Notes: generated by a model not told the origin, from the letters alone. 64,000 bases of DNA from an uncultured bacterium (GCA_963786935.1 CAWBAN010000003.1:96001-160000); one strand, 5' to 3'. Counted from the first letter of the stretch, positions 27,554 through 37,822 are shown. Numbers and translations are program-made.

Positions 27554-28358
27554 CGCGCTGCGGGGGCTCGACCCGCTCGTCCAGACGCTCCTCGCCACGT
27601 CGTTCACGTGGGGCATGACCGCGCTCGGCGCCGCCGCGGTGTTCGCTTTCAGGACCTTCAATCAAAAAGTGCTCGATTCGATGCTCGGCTTCGCCGGCGG
27701 CGTCATGATCGCGGCGAGCTTCTGGTCGCTGCTCGCCCCCGCCATCGATATGTGCGAGGGGGGCGGCTTGCCCTGCTGGTTTCCCCCGGCGGCGGGATTC
27801 GCGGCCGGTGCCGCGGCGCTGCGCGTCATCGATCTCGTTTTGCCCCACCTCCATCCGGGGCTCTCCGTCGATCACGCGGAGGGCATCCGCACGACGTGGC
27901 GGCGGAGCACGCTCCTCGTGCTCGCGATCACGCTGCACAACATCCCCGAAGGGCTCGCCGTGGGCGTCGTGTTCGGGGCGGCCGCGTCGGGATTCGGACC
28001 AGCCTCGCTCGCCGGCGCGGCGGCGCTCACCATCGGGATCGGCATCCAGAATTTCCCCGAAGGGCTCGCCGTCTCCCTGCCGCTCCGCCGCGAGGGACTG
28101 TCGCGCGTGAGAAGCTTCTGGTACGGCCAGCTTTCCGGGGCCGTCGAGCCGGTCGCCGCCGTCGCGGGCGTGCTCGCCGTCGCTTCGGCCCGGGCGCTCC
28201 TGCCGTATGCCCTCGGCTTCGCGGCGGGCGCCATGATCTACGTCGTCGTGGAAGAGGTGATCCCCGAGTCGCAGACCGGGGGCAACTCGGACATCGCCAC
28301 CATCGGCACGGTCATCGGTTTCGTCGTCATGATGATTCTCGACGTGAGCCTGTCCTAG
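27546..28358 (+). CDS. ZIP family metal transporter (ZupT/GufA)
   Basis: LGFAGGVMIAAS, LHNIPEGLAVG, IQNFPEG, FAAGAMIYVV. Confidence 0.92.
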   Translation: MIDALRGLDPLVQTLLATSFTWGMTALGAAAVFAFRTFNQKVLDSMLGFAGGVMIAASFWSLLAPAIDMCEGGGLPCWFPPAAGFAAGAAALRVIDLVLPHLHPGLSVDHAEGIRTTWRRSTLLVLAITLHNIPEGLAVGVVFGAAASGFGPASLAGAAALTIGIGIQNFPEGLAVSLPLRREGLSRVRSFWYGQLSGAVEPVAAVAGVLAVASARALLPYALGFAAGAMIYVVVEEVIPESQTGGNSDIATIGTVIGFVVMMILDVSLS

Positions 28359-28383
28359 GACCCGCTCATCCCCGAAATGCCGC

Positions 28384-29529
28384 TCAGCCGGCCGGCCGGC
28401 GCGCGCCTCTCCTCATTCCGGTCAATCGAAGAGCGCCGAGCGCCGCGGTGACGCCGGCGAGCGAGCCGCCCGAGAGCGCGGCCGTCCACTCGCGGGACGG
28501 GAGCGGGTAGCGCGCGACGAGCCAATGGAAGCTCGAGAGGAATCCGCCGGCGAGCACGAGCGCGACGAGGCCTCCGTTCGGCCACACGCAATCCTGGAGA
28601 ATGAGCCCGACGAGCGGATAGAACACGAGGGAAGCGGGATTGAGCAGGCGCTCGTTGTTGTGCCCGAAAAAGGGCGTGGCCGCCACGAGCGCGAAGAACA
28701 GGACGAGATGGATTCGTCCCTTGAAGAACGCGCGCGTGCGTCCGAAGAACACGAACGGCACGAACGCGAGGGGGACGAACGGATTCACGAGCACGTGGTA
28801 CATGCGCTCGAGCGACGTGATCTTGGTCCAGTGCGCCGCGACGGCCTCCGTCAGCGTGGGGCCGGCCGCCGGGTGGACGAGGAGACGGATCGCCGCGAAG
28901 ACGGCGAGGCCGGGGGCCGCCGCCGCGGCGAACTTCCGGCCTTCCCGCGCGAGCAGGCCGCTCTCGGCGAGATACAGGGCGCCGACGGGAATCATGATCA
29001 TGGCCGTTTCCCGCGTGGCGGCGCCGAGCGCGAACGCGACGGCGAAACGGAGCCATCGGGCCTCCGCCAACGACAGAAGAATGACGACGAGCAGGATGTT
29101 CATGATGATGTCGTTGACGTGGAAGTAGTTCCAGGACGTGAAGCCGAAGAAATGCTTGTTGAATACGTAGAGCGCGGCCGCGACGCAGGCGAACGGCGGC
29201 CGGAGCCCGAACGAGCGCGCGAGGCGATACAGCAGATAGACGAAGAGCAGGGAGAGCGCGATGTTGACGGCGAGGAACGAGCGCTCGAGGGGGCCCGGGA
29301 TGAGGCCGGTCAGGTACGGACCGAGGAGCCGGAACGCGAAGGGGCGCGGGGCGCTTGCGTCGAGGGAAGGCGCGTCGGCGGCCATCCGTATGTAGATGAG
29401 GGAATCCCATTCGTGGAACGCCGCGTTCGTCGGGTCGATGCGGCCGTAGAGGAAGATCATCGCCGCGGTGACGAGCGCGAGGACGAGCAGCGGTTTCAGG
29501 TCGGCGCGATCGAAGTCGATTCCGTTCAT
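28384..29529 (-). CDS. Polytopic membrane protein, possible GT-C fold glycosyltransferase
   Basis: About 10 TM segments; D..Y..MA...PF..R.L.P periplasmic loop and TRET motif. Confidence 0.55.
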   Translation of the reverse strand: MNGIDFDRADLKPLLVLALVTAAMIFLYGRIDPTNAAFHEWDSLIYIRMAADAPSLDASAPRPFAFRLLGPYLTGLIPGPLERSFLAVNIALSLLFVYLLYRLARSFGLRPPFACVAAALYVFNKHFFGFTSWNYFHVNDIIMNILLVVILLSLAEARWLRFAVAFALGAATRETAMIMIPVGALYLAESGLLAREGRKFAAAAAPGLAVFAAIRLLVHPAAGPTLTEAVAAHWTKITSLERMYHVLVNPFVPLAFVPFVFFGRTRAFFKGRIHLVLFFALVAATPFFGHNNERLLNPASLVFYPLVGLILQDCVWPNGGLVALVLAGGFLSSFHWLVARYPLPSREWTAALSGGSLAGVTAALGALRLTGMRRGARRPAG

Positions 29530-29716
29530 CTCGCGGGCAATTCTCGATTCAAACGCTCCGCAAGGCAAGACCATTTTTGCGGCGCGCCCCTCACCCCGGC
29601 CCCCGGGCCTCCGCGATGCGGTCTTGTCCGGTCGCCGCCGATATGCTATAAAGGCCGGACGAGCGCCCCGCCGGCGCGAATTATCGCGATCGAACCCGAA
29701 CACGAGGAGTCATGCC

Positions 29717-31318
29717 ATGATTTTCGAGAGACGAGCGACGCCGCTTCTGTTCGCCGCCCTGCTCATCGCGACGGTGAGCATGAGCGCGCCGGCGAGCCGG
29801 GCCAAGGACATTCCCGACGGCTGCACGACGATCACCGTCGGGCGCCTCGCCTCCGCCGACGGCTCGGTCATGACGTCGCACACGTGCGACAGCCATGACG
29901 GGCGCCTGTGGCTGTATGCCGTGCCGCGGCAGAAGCACGCCCCCGGTTCGATGAACCGCATCTATCTCCATACCGAGGAGATGGCGAGCTACGGCGACAC
30001 GACCGGTCTCGTCTACCGGGGATCGATTCCCGAAGTGCCGGAGACGTACTCGTACATTTGGGGCTTCTACGCGTGCATCAACGAGCGCCAGCTCTCGATC
30101 GGCGAATCCACGTTCGGCGGCAAGGAGGTCATGAAGAGCGATCGGGGGATGTTCAATCTCTACGAGCTCACGCGACTCATGGCCGAGCGCTGCGCGACGG
30201 CCCGCGAGGCGATCCGGCTCGCCGACGAGCTCCTCACGAAGTACGGCTATAACGACGGGGGGGAATGCCTCTCGATCGCCGACACGAAAGAGGTGTGGAT
30301 GTTCGAGGTCGTCGGCCCCGGCCAGGGGAAGATCGGCGCGGTCTGGGCCGCCCAGCGCGTTCCCGACGACCATATCAGCGTGAACGCGAACAGCGCCCGC
30401 ATCCGCCGGCTCGACCTCGACGACAAAGACAATTTCATGGCCTCGAAGAACGTGTTCAGCACCGCGATCGAGATGGGGCTCTGGGATCCGAAGAGCGGGG
30501 AGCCGTTCGAGTTCTGCTACGCGTACGGCGACCGCGCCTCGATGTGGGCGCGTCGTCGCGAATGGCGCGTGTACGATCTGCTCGCCCCGTCGCGGAAGTT
30601 CGACGCGAACCAGGAGAACTTCCCCTTCTCGATCAAGCCCGAGAAGAAGGTCTCGGTCGAGGAGGTCATGAAGATATTCGAGGACACCTACGAGGGCACC
30701 GAGTACGACATGACGAAGTTCATGCTCGTCAAGGACGAGAACGGGAAGTACGTCAAGAGCCCGTACGCGAATCCGTTCATGAACTACGACCAGATGCCGC
30801 TCTGGAAGATCAACGGGTCTCTCGGGGAGATGGGGGAACGCACGATAGCCCGCTACTACTGCGTCTATTTCATCGTGACGCAGTCCCGCGCCTGGCTGCC
30901 CGACCCGATCGGGGGCGTCTGCTGGTTCGGCTGGGACAATCCGGCGACGACGTGCAACGCGCCGCTCTACTGCGGGATCACGGATCTGCCCGCCTCGTGG
31001 AAATTCGGGGGCCCGAAGGGGCGCCCCGCCTACACGGAAGAAAGCGCGTGGTGGGCGTTCAACCGCGCGAGCGTCATCGCCGCTCACCGCTGGGGGGAGA
31101 TGCGGCATGACCTGTACGCGGTGCGCGATCCCTTCAGGCGGCAGGCGTTCGACGAGCAGAAGCGGATCGACGACGAGGCGTCGAAGCTCTATGCGGAAGA
31201 TCCGCGAAAGGCGGCGGAGTACCTGACCAAGTACAGCTGCGATTTCTGCACGCGTATCACGGAGGCGTACTGGAAGCTCGGAGACGATCTGTTCACGAAA
31301 TACGACGAGAAGTGGTAA
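29717..31318 (+). CDS. C69 family dipeptidase (Ntn-hydrolase)
   Basis: Signal peptide then CTTITVGR.AS.DGS; NERQLSIGEST; WAAQRVPDD. Confidence 0.88.
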   Translation: MIFERRATPLLFAALLIATVSMSAPASRAKDIPDGCTTITVGRLASADGSVMTSHTCDSHDGRLWLYAVPRQKHAPGSMNRIYLHTEEMASYGDTTGLVYRGSIPEVPETYSYIWGFYACINERQLSIGESTFGGKEVMKSDRGMFNLYELTRLMAERCATAREAIRLADELLTKYGYNDGGECLSIADTKEVWMFEVVGPGQGKIGAVWAAQRVPDDHISVNANSARIRRLDLDDKDNFMASKNVFSTAIEMGLWDPKSGEPFEFCYAYGDRASMWARRREWRVYDLLAPSRKFDANQENFPFSIKPEKKVSVEEVMKIFEDTYEGTEYDMTKFMLVKDENGKYVKSPYANPFMNYDQMPLWKINGSLGEMGERTIARYYCVYFIVTQSRAWLPDPIGGVCWFGWDNPATTCNAPLYCGITDLPASWKFGGPKGRPAYTEESAWWAFNRASVIAAHRWGEMRHDLYAVRDPFRRQAFDEQKRIDDEASKLYAEDPRKAAEYLTKYSCDFCTRITEAYWKLGDDLFTKYDEKW

Positions 31319-31357
31319 TCGCCGCCGGCGGCCGGCGGAAACGAGCGATCATAACGC

Positions 31358-31390
31358 GCCCCCGGAGAGTCAGCTTTCCGGGGGCTCTTT
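31358..31390 (+). terminator. Rho-independent terminator
   Basis: GCCCCCGGA...TCCGGGGGC stem followed by TCTTT. Confidence 0.65.
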
Positions 31391-31516
31391 CATATGCGGA
31401 ATTAAGGCCGCACTGCATTGGTAAAAAAATTCTGACATCTCGGAATAGATATCTGTTTATAATAATTCCACCTTCTAAATATGAAAATTGATTTTTCGTA
31501 AGTCTTTATTTTTTAA

Positions 31517-31546
31517 TTGACAAACATGCTATTTGCGAATTAATAT
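31517..31546 (+). promoter_or_regulatory. sigma70 promoter in AT-rich intergenic region
   Basis: TTGACA-N18-TAATAT upstream of a GGAGGT SD. Confidence 0.55.
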
Positions 31547-31602
31547 GAATATGATTATTAGCTTAGTTAATCATACAAACACTCTTTTATGGAGGTATCG
31601 TG

Positions 31603-32307
31603 ATGAGAATTCGGCGAACGATTATGGCAGCCCTTCTTCCGGCCGTCCTGGCGATGCCCGCATTCGCCGCCTGTCCGAACGCCCCGAGGGACGGCATTTA
31701 TGCGACGTCGAACGGCACGATTCTCGGCGGCCGCTCCTCCGAAGCATGGTGCAGCGGAGCGGGCCCGGGGCGGATCGGCAACACCGAGAGCGCCATGTCG
31801 TGGGACGGCGTCAATCTCGGCGCGCAGTGGAAGGTGTACGGCATGACGAGCGAGGGAGCCGAGGAGACCGCGCGGTACTTCGACGCGCACGGCAACGGCT
31901 GGATCGATTACGCGACGAACTACGTCGGGGGCAATTTCTGGCTGTCCGGCGCCGGCAATTGGGGAAACGGCGCCGCCGATTACTCGGGGACCGTGACCTA
32001 TTTCAACGTGGGCGCGCGGGTGACGTATGTCGGCGGCTCGCCGGTCGGCGTCACGTCGAACATCCTCCTGACGGGCGTGTTCGACGATTGCCCGAACTGC
32101 TCGATCGAGTACGCGATTTCGAACGCGATCCTCGTCTGGCAGACGGGCTACCCGACGGCGATGCCCGCGAACTATCCGCCGTTCCAGTGCAATGCCTCTT
32201 CCGGAGAGCTCTTCGACGCGTGCTGCATCGTCGCGAAGATTCATTGCACTCCCATTTCCACGAATCCGAGCACCTGGGGGGGAATCAAATCCCTGTACCT
32301 GCAGTAA
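31603..32307 (+). CDS. Secreted 8-Cys protein with C-terminal TWGGIKSLY motif (paralog A)
   Basis: Signal peptide; collinear with 41991-42695. Confidence 0.8.
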   Translation: MRIRRTIMAALLPAVLAMPAFAACPNAPRDGIYATSNGTILGGRSSEAWCSGAGPGRIGNTESAMSWDGVNLGAQWKVYGMTSEGAEETARYFDAHGNGWIDYATNYVGGNFWLSGAGNWGNGAADYSGTVTYFNVGARVTYVGGSPVGVTSNILLTGVFDDCPNCSIEYAISNAILVWQTGYPTAMPANYPPFQCNASSGELFDACCIVAKIHCTPISTNPSTWGGIKSLYLQ

Positions 32308-32343
32308 GCATCGCTTGAGGCATCAACTGGTGCATGGGAGACG

Positions 32344-32372
32344 GGGCCGGCCGGGATTCTCGGCCGGCCCTT
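32344..32372 (+). terminator. Stem-loop/terminator after paralog A
   Basis: GGGCCGGCCG...CGGCCGGCCC followed by TT. Confidence 0.55.
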
Positions 32373-32477
32373 CGCGTCTATGACGCTGAAGCCGCGCGTT
32401 GACAGCCCCGACGTTTCTGCATTACAATTGAAAATTATCCTCGGAAAGTCCCAAGAACCCCGGGGAGATCGCCGACC

Positions 32478-34973
32478 ATGGCGAAGGGGGATCGAATCTC
32501 GAAGGCGCCCGGTTCGAATCGTCGGCCGGCGCCTGAGGTTGGGAGCATGCACCGAGCCCCGTTTCGGATCACGATGCTGGCGATCGCCGCCCTTGCGGCG
32601 CCCGCCTTTCTTGCGGTCTTGACGCCGATGCCGGCGAGCGCGGCAAGCCGCGACGACAATCGCCGGCCCTTCCGGTTCAAGACGCTTGTCACGATGCACT
32701 TCGCTACCAGGACTCCGGCTCGTCCCAAGATACCCTGCTTCGTCGCCGACATCGATCTCGACGGCAACGACGATCTTCTCGTCGACGAACCTGATCGGCT
32801 TCTCTGGTACGCGATTCGCGGCGATACGATGACGCTCGTGAGGGAGTGCGCCTACGAACACAGGGGCATCACACGCATGGTCACGGACGGCACCGGAGAC
32901 GGACATCCCGACTTCTTCTCCCTCGAGCTGCATCCCGAGGGAGCGATGCTGTCCTTGCGCGACTGGTATTCGCCGGGCGGTCCCTCGAAACCGCTCTGGA
33001 CGATCGGCCCCCTCCTTCAACTGGGAACCGACGGCGCAAGCCCCGGGGCGAGGATTTTCATGTTCGGAAGCTTCATCGCCGAAAAGGGCAAAGCTCCCGC
33101 GATCCTGATAGGGCTCAATACGCTCAGGGCCGAGGCCCGCTGCCGTTCGCTTCTCGCGTACGACGTGTCGTCGGGGAAGAGGATGTGGAGCCGCGATATC
33201 GCATCCGCCAGCTGTGAGCTCGTATGGGATTATTTCGGCGACACCTTCCCGCGGATCGTATTCACGACCGCCGCTCTCGGGAACGGCGTCGTGTGCGGTG
33301 ACATGGCTGACAGCCTCTCCCACGTCATGTGCCTCGATGGACGAGACGGCCGGCTTCTCTGGAAGAGTCCGTTGACCGGGCGGGGTGGACGCGGATTCCT
33401 CGCTCTCGCCGACGTCAATGGCGACGGATCGAAGGAGATCCTCGTGGCCCGGTATTTCTCCAGATTCGATGCCGGGGCGTTCGTGATCGGACGGGATTGG
33501 GCGGTGGCCGCCCTGAATCGCGACGGCGATATTCTGGCGAGTGCAGCGATGCCGATGATTCCGAAGGGGATCCGAGCCGCGGATCTCGATGGCGATTCGT
33601 CGCCGGAAATAATCGTGCGGGGAGCCGACGGAGAGATCGGAATCCTCGGAGCCGCTCTCGATATCAGGAGTCTCTTTCTCTGTCCGCCGAACGTAGACGG
33701 CTCCACGAACGAGGTTTTCGGAGTGGGCGATCTCGTGGGTGACGAGAGGCCGGAAATCGTCTGCCAGCTTGGCCGCGCGCTCTTGCTGCGAGATCGGAAG
33801 GGCAATGTGATCGCCAAGCGCTCGTTCGCGCGGCAAGCGCCGGACTCGGCCGCGACCCGGGCCGACGGGCCGATCGACGCGTGGATCGCCCGGTGCGACG
33901 GCGAGAATCGCGTCATCGCGGCGAACGGCGATTCGATCCAGATCCTGATTCTCGAGCGGACGCCCCTCGCGGCGAGAATCAGTGCTTCCCGGCGGCCGCT
34001 GGCCGCCTGGGCCGCCGCCGGCGCCCTCGCGACCGTATGGGCGACCTTCCACATGCGACGCCTGCTCAAGCGGCGGCGGGAGCGGTTTCTCTCGATGGAC
34101 GAGGCGCACAACGAGCTCCTCAAGGCGATGGCGGCGTTCGGTCACGGGGGCTCTTCGCTCAAGGTCATCGATCGTCTCCGGCTCCATCTGAAGAACTGGG
34201 ACCGGATACACGCCGACGGCGTGACGAGGGAGGAGCTCGTCGCGAGGCTTCGCGAAACCTACGTGGAAACGGTGGTGCCGGAAATCAAACATATCGTGAT
34301 GCTCGCCCGCCGCGCGCGCATTCCGGATGGTATCTGGAACTCCCTCCAGGCGGAGGCGGGATTCGCCGCGGAGGAGACGGAGGCGATTCTCGCCACGGGC
34401 TCCGAGGGGGACGCGTACCGTACGGAGCATATCGCGAAAGCGCTCGGGGCCCTCGACGGCGTGGACGGCTCGCTCGCCGGCATCCGCCTGCACTTGCGCT
34501 CCATTTTCAGGACTCCCGTCGCCGAAGCGCTCGGGCGCCTCGTGAAGCGGTTCCGGTACGAGCACGGCGCCCGCGGAATCTCGTTCGCGCTCGTATGCGA
34601 TTCCTCGACGGCCTCGGACGTGTTCATCTCTCCCGTCACGTTCGACAAGATATTCGAGTCGCTGCTCTCGAACGCGGTCCGCGCGACCGAAAGCCGGACC
34701 GACGCCGAGATCGCGATCGCGGTGCAGTGGGAGGGGAACTACTGCCGGATCGACGTGCGCGACAACGGATGCGGGATTCCGCGCGACGACTGGGAGCGCG
34801 CGTTCGAGAGGCACTACACGACGAAAGAGGGGGAGGGGGGCTTCGGCCTCTACTATGCCCGGGAGGAGCTCGCGAAGTTCGGGGGCAAGATCTATGTCCT
34901 CGAGAGCTCCGCGGGCTCGGGAACGACCATGCGGGTCGTTTTCAGAAAATCGGAGAAAGCGGGGGGCGTGTGA
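32478..34973 (+). CDS. Membrane sensor histidine kinase with FG-GAP-like extracytoplasmic propeller
   Basis: Five DxDxDG-like repeats, one TM, HATPase boxes (LLSNAVRA, DNGCGI, F..HYTTK, GGFGL). Confidence 0.82.
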   Translation: MAKGDRISKAPGSNRRPAPEVGSMHRAPFRITMLAIAALAAPAFLAVLTPMPASAASRDDNRRPFRFKTLVTMHFATRTPARPKIPCFVADIDLDGNDDLLVDEPDRLLWYAIRGDTMTLVRECAYEHRGITRMVTDGTGDGHPDFFSLELHPEGAMLSLRDWYSPGGPSKPLWTIGPLLQLGTDGASPGARIFMFGSFIAEKGKAPAILIGLNTLRAEARCRSLLAYDVSSGKRMWSRDIASASCELVWDYFGDTFPRIVFTTAALGNGVVCGDMADSLSHVMCLDGRDGRLLWKSPLTGRGGRGFLALADVNGDGSKEILVARYFSRFDAGAFVIGRDWAVAALNRDGDILASAAMPMIPKGIRAADLDGDSSPEIIVRGADGEIGILGAALDIRSLFLCPPNVDGSTNEVFGVGDLVGDERPEIVCQLGRALLLRDRKGNVIAKRSFARQAPDSAATRADGPIDAWIARCDGENRVIAANGDSIQILILERTPLAARISASRRPLAAWAAAGALATVWATFHMRRLLKRRRERFLSMDEAHNELLKAMAAFGHGGSSLKVIDRLRLHLKNWDRIHADGVTREELVARLRETYVETVVPEIKHIVMLARRARIPDGIWNSLQAEAGFAAEETEAILATGSEGDAYRTEHIAKALGALDGVDGSLAGIRLHLRSIFRTPVAEALGRLVKRFRYEHGARGISFALVCDSSTASDVFISPVTFDKIFESLLSNAVRATESRTDAEIAIAVQWEGNYCRIDVRDNGCGIPRDDWERAFERHYTTKEGEGGFGLYYAREELAKFGGKIYVLESSAGSGTTMRVVFRKSEKAGGV

Positions 34974-36337
34974 ACGAAGAGCGGATTCGCATTCTCATCG
35001 TGGACGACGACGAAACGTTCATGGGCGATCTCGGGCGGCTCATGACCGACCGGTACGAGATCGTGATGTCGCGGAACGCGAAGGAGGCGCTCTCGGCGCA
35101 CGATCGGCTCGGCTTCGACGCCGTCCTCCTCGATATCGATCTCGGGAGGGGCGTCGACGGGTTCGAGGTGCTCGACGCGCTCCGCGCCACCGATCCGAAC
35201 ATCCCGGTCATCATGGTGACGCGCGACACCTCGGCGGCCTCGGCGATCGCCGCCCTGAAGAAGGGCGCCGTCGACTACATCGACAAGCGCCCCGATCTCG
35301 GCGACCTCGAGCGGCGCATATCGCGGGCGATCGAGGAGCAGCGGATCACCCGGCTCAACGACGCGCTCCGGATGGAGATCGACGAGATCCACGGCCGTAT
35401 GGTCGGCGAAGGCGCGAGGATGCGGGATCTGCGCCGGGAGATCGCCATCGCCGCCGAGAGCTCGAGCCCCGTTCTCATCGTGGGAGAGACGGGAACCGGC
35501 AAAGAGCTCGTCGCGAGGGAAATCCACAAGCGATTCAGTTCCGCGAGCGCGTTCGTGCCGCTCAACTGCGCCGCGGTGCCGCGCGAGACATTCAGCCTGA
35601 AGCTCTTCGGCAGCCATCGGGGGGCGTTCACCGGCGCCGAGGATCTTCCCGGAGTCTTCGAGCTGGCGCACGACGGCGTTCTCTTTCTCGACGAGATCAC
35701 GGAGGTCGATTCGTCGCTGCAGGCCGAGCTTCTCCGCGTCGTTCAGGAGCGGGAGTTCGAGCGGAACGGAAGCTCCCGGAGGATCCCGTTCCGCGGGAAG
35801 CTCCTCGCCTCGACGAACCGGCCGCTGAAAGAGAGCCTCGAGAGCGGATCGCTGCGGAAGGACCTCTATTTCCGCTTCGGCACGCACGTGATCCAGGTGC
35901 CGCCTCTCAGGGAGCGGCGGGAGGATATTCCGGATCTCGCCCGCTACTTCCTCGAGCGCAAGTCGGTCGAGCTCAAGCGGCCGAAGCGCGAGATCGACGA
36001 TGCGATGATGACCGAATTGTGCGGGAGAGACTGGCCGGGCAACGTGCGGGAGCTCGAGAACGTCCTCGAGGCGTACGTCGTGCGCGGCGGCCTCGCCGTC
36101 CCGAATCCCGTCCACATCGATTCGCCGCGCGACCTCTCGTACGAAGAGCTGTACCGAATGCCCTATCATGAAGCGAAGGACTTCCTGCTCGACGAATTCA
36201 AGCGCAAGTACACCGATACGCTCCTGGCGGCGTGCGGCGGCGATATCGCGAAGGCCGCGGAGCGGAGCGGGCTCACGCGCTTCGGACTCCAGAAAATGCT
36301 GAACGAAATCGGGAAGCGACATGCGGAGCCGGATTGA
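34970..36337 (+). CDS. sigma54-dependent NtrC-family response regulator
   Basis: Receiver ILIVDDD/LLDIDL; GETGTGKE, GAFTGA, FLDEI, WPGNVRELEN; C-terminal HTH; GTGA overlap with the kinase. Confidence 0.92.
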   Translation: MNEERIRILIVDDDETFMGDLGRLMTDRYEIVMSRNAKEALSAHDRLGFDAVLLDIDLGRGVDGFEVLDALRATDPNIPVIMVTRDTSAASAIAALKKGAVDYIDKRPDLGDLERRISRAIEEQRITRLNDALRMEIDEIHGRMVGEGARMRDLRREIAIAAESSSPVLIVGETGTGKELVAREIHKRFSSASAFVPLNCAAVPRETFSLKLFGSHRGAFTGAEDLPGVFELAHDGVLFLDEITEVDSSLQAELLRVVQEREFERNGSSRRIPFRGKLLASTNRPLKESLESGSLRKDLYFRFGTHVIQVPPLRERREDIPDLARYFLERKSVELKRPKREIDDAMMTELCGRDWPGNVRELENVLEAYVVRGGLAVPNPVHIDSPRDLSYEELYRMPYHEAKDFLLDEFKRKYTDTLLAACGGDIAKAAERSGLTRFGLQKMLNEIGKRHAEPD

Positions 36338-36376
36338 TCGCCGCCCCCTCCTTTCGACGGCTCTAAAGTAAAAAAC

Positions 36377-36485
36377 CGCAACTGCCGTTGCGGCCAGGAT
36401 CCTCCGGCCTCGATTGTTCTAATTGTCTCCTATTCAAGTGGTTGCGAGCGATTCCACTGATGTCTCATCCGCAACTGCAGTTGCG
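36377..36485. promoter_or_regulatory. Pair of palindromic enhancer-like (UAS) sites
   Basis: CGCAACTGCCGTTGCG (36377-36392) and CGCAACTGCAGTTGCG (36470-36485). Confidence 0.65.
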
Positions 36486-36530
36486 CCAGAGCGACGGCGC
36501 CTCTGCGCGGCGCGGCGAGCAGCAACCGTT

Positions 36531-36543
36531 TAATATATTGATA
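36531..36543 (-). promoter_or_regulatory. IHF binding site
   Basis: Reverse strand TATCAATATATTA matches WATCAANNNNTTR; lies between the UAS pair and the -24/-12 element. Confidence 0.65.
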
Positions 36544-36593
36544 ATAAATGAGTTAAAGCCTTGTTTGGGCCATTGTTGCGGTAGTTGTCATAA

Positions 36594-36609
36594 TGGAATG
36601 TCAATTGCT
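36594..36609 (+). promoter_or_regulatory. sigma54 -24/-12 promoter
   Basis: TGGAATGTCAATTGCT: GG-N10-GC. Confidence 0.75.
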
Positions 36610-36781
36610 CTTTACACTATCGACGAACGAGAGTATCCGGAATAAAACTCGCACAACGGATGGATCTCGTTTGGGCACCGGAGGGGGCTAGGGCGGCTCA
36701 GTGCCGACGTCGGCTCCGCGCCGACGTCGGCACCCTAGGGGAAGAGACGAAGTGAAAGGACACCGTTGGGAGGGCGGGGTT

Positions 36782-37201
36782 ATGAACGGTACCGGAAAAG
36801 CGAGCGGTGAGCTTCTCATCGTCGAGGACGATCGCGACTTTGTCGATGATCTGTTCGCCATGTGGCGTCCGCCCCTTCCGGTCGCCCGTGCGTCGACCGG
36901 GAAAGAAGCCTTCGACTATCTTCAGAACAGCGTCCCCTCGCTTGTTCTTCTCGATTTGAACCTGCCCCATTATATCGCCGACGACGACACGGCCGAAGGA
37001 TTCGGAATTCTATCCTACATACGGAGCAGCGTCGGCTCGGATGTCCCCGTGATCGTTATCACCCGCGAACGCTCGGAGGCGACCCGCTCGCGCGCCGTGT
37101 CGCTCGGCGCGAACAGTTTCTTCCCGAAGTCGCTCGACATCGCGGATCTCGAGAAAGCCGTCTCGAGCGCGATGCATGAGCGCCGGCGCCTCGCTTCCTG
37201 A
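36782..37201 (+). CDS. Single-domain response regulator (receiver)
   Basis: LLIVEDD, LVLLDLNLP, VIVIT, FFPK. Confidence 0.85.
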   Translation: MNGTGKASGELLIVEDDRDFVDDLFAMWRPPLPVARASTGKEAFDYLQNSVPSLVLLDLNLPHYIADDDTAEGFGILSYIRSSVGSDVPVIVITRERSEATRSRAVSLGANSFFPKSLDIADLEKAVSSAMHERRRLAS

Positions 37202-37336
37202 CAGCGGTTTTTATCCTACCTCTCGATCGATTCCTCCGCTATAATCCGCGAGGCTGTCCGGCTCGGCGCCGGAACACAGCACGCTCCCGCATCTTTCCGG
37301 TTGAATCTGCGTATTGAGATAGAAGGAGGACCGCCC

Positions 37337-37822
37337 GTGGCAAACATTCTGCAGCCCGCCGAGATCGTGGAGATCGGCATCGAGAAGGAGAAGAAGCGCC
37401 GCGATTTCTACGCGCTCGCGGCGGATCGGTTCAAGGGGGAGAAGGAGCTCGGCGAGCTCTTCGCGCGACTGCGCGATTGGGAGGTCGAGCACATCCGAAG
37501 GTTCGAGGAGATTCGGGACAGCGTGAAGAAGGCGCAGTATACGGAGTCGTACCCGGGGGAGACGGAAGGCTACATGGACGCCCTCGTCGACAGCGATCTC
37601 TACGCGAAGATCACCCCCGAGCGGTTCGCCGAGATCGTGAAGACGCCCCTCGACGCCCTCGACCGGGGAATCGGATTCGAGAAGGACGCGATCCTGTTCT
37701 TCGGCCAGCTCGCCCGGTTCATCGATCCGGCGAGCAAGGAGATCGTCGATCGCCTCATCAAGGAAGAGCAGCAGCATATGCTGTATCTGTTCACCATGAA
37801 AAAGGGAATGAGCGGCAAGTAG
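37337..37822 (+). CDS. Ferritin-like/rubrerythrin-family di-iron protein
   Basis: GIEKE..FY, WEVEH, FEKDAILFF, EEQQH; AGGAGG SD. Confidence 0.8.
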   Translation: MANILQPAEIVEIGIEKEKKRRDFYALAADRFKGEKELGELFARLRDWEVEHIRRFEEIRDSVKKAQYTESYPGETEGYMDALVDSDLYAKITPERFAEIVKTPLDALDRGIGFEKDAILFFGQLARFIDPASKEIVDRLIKEEQQHMLYLFTMKKGMSGK

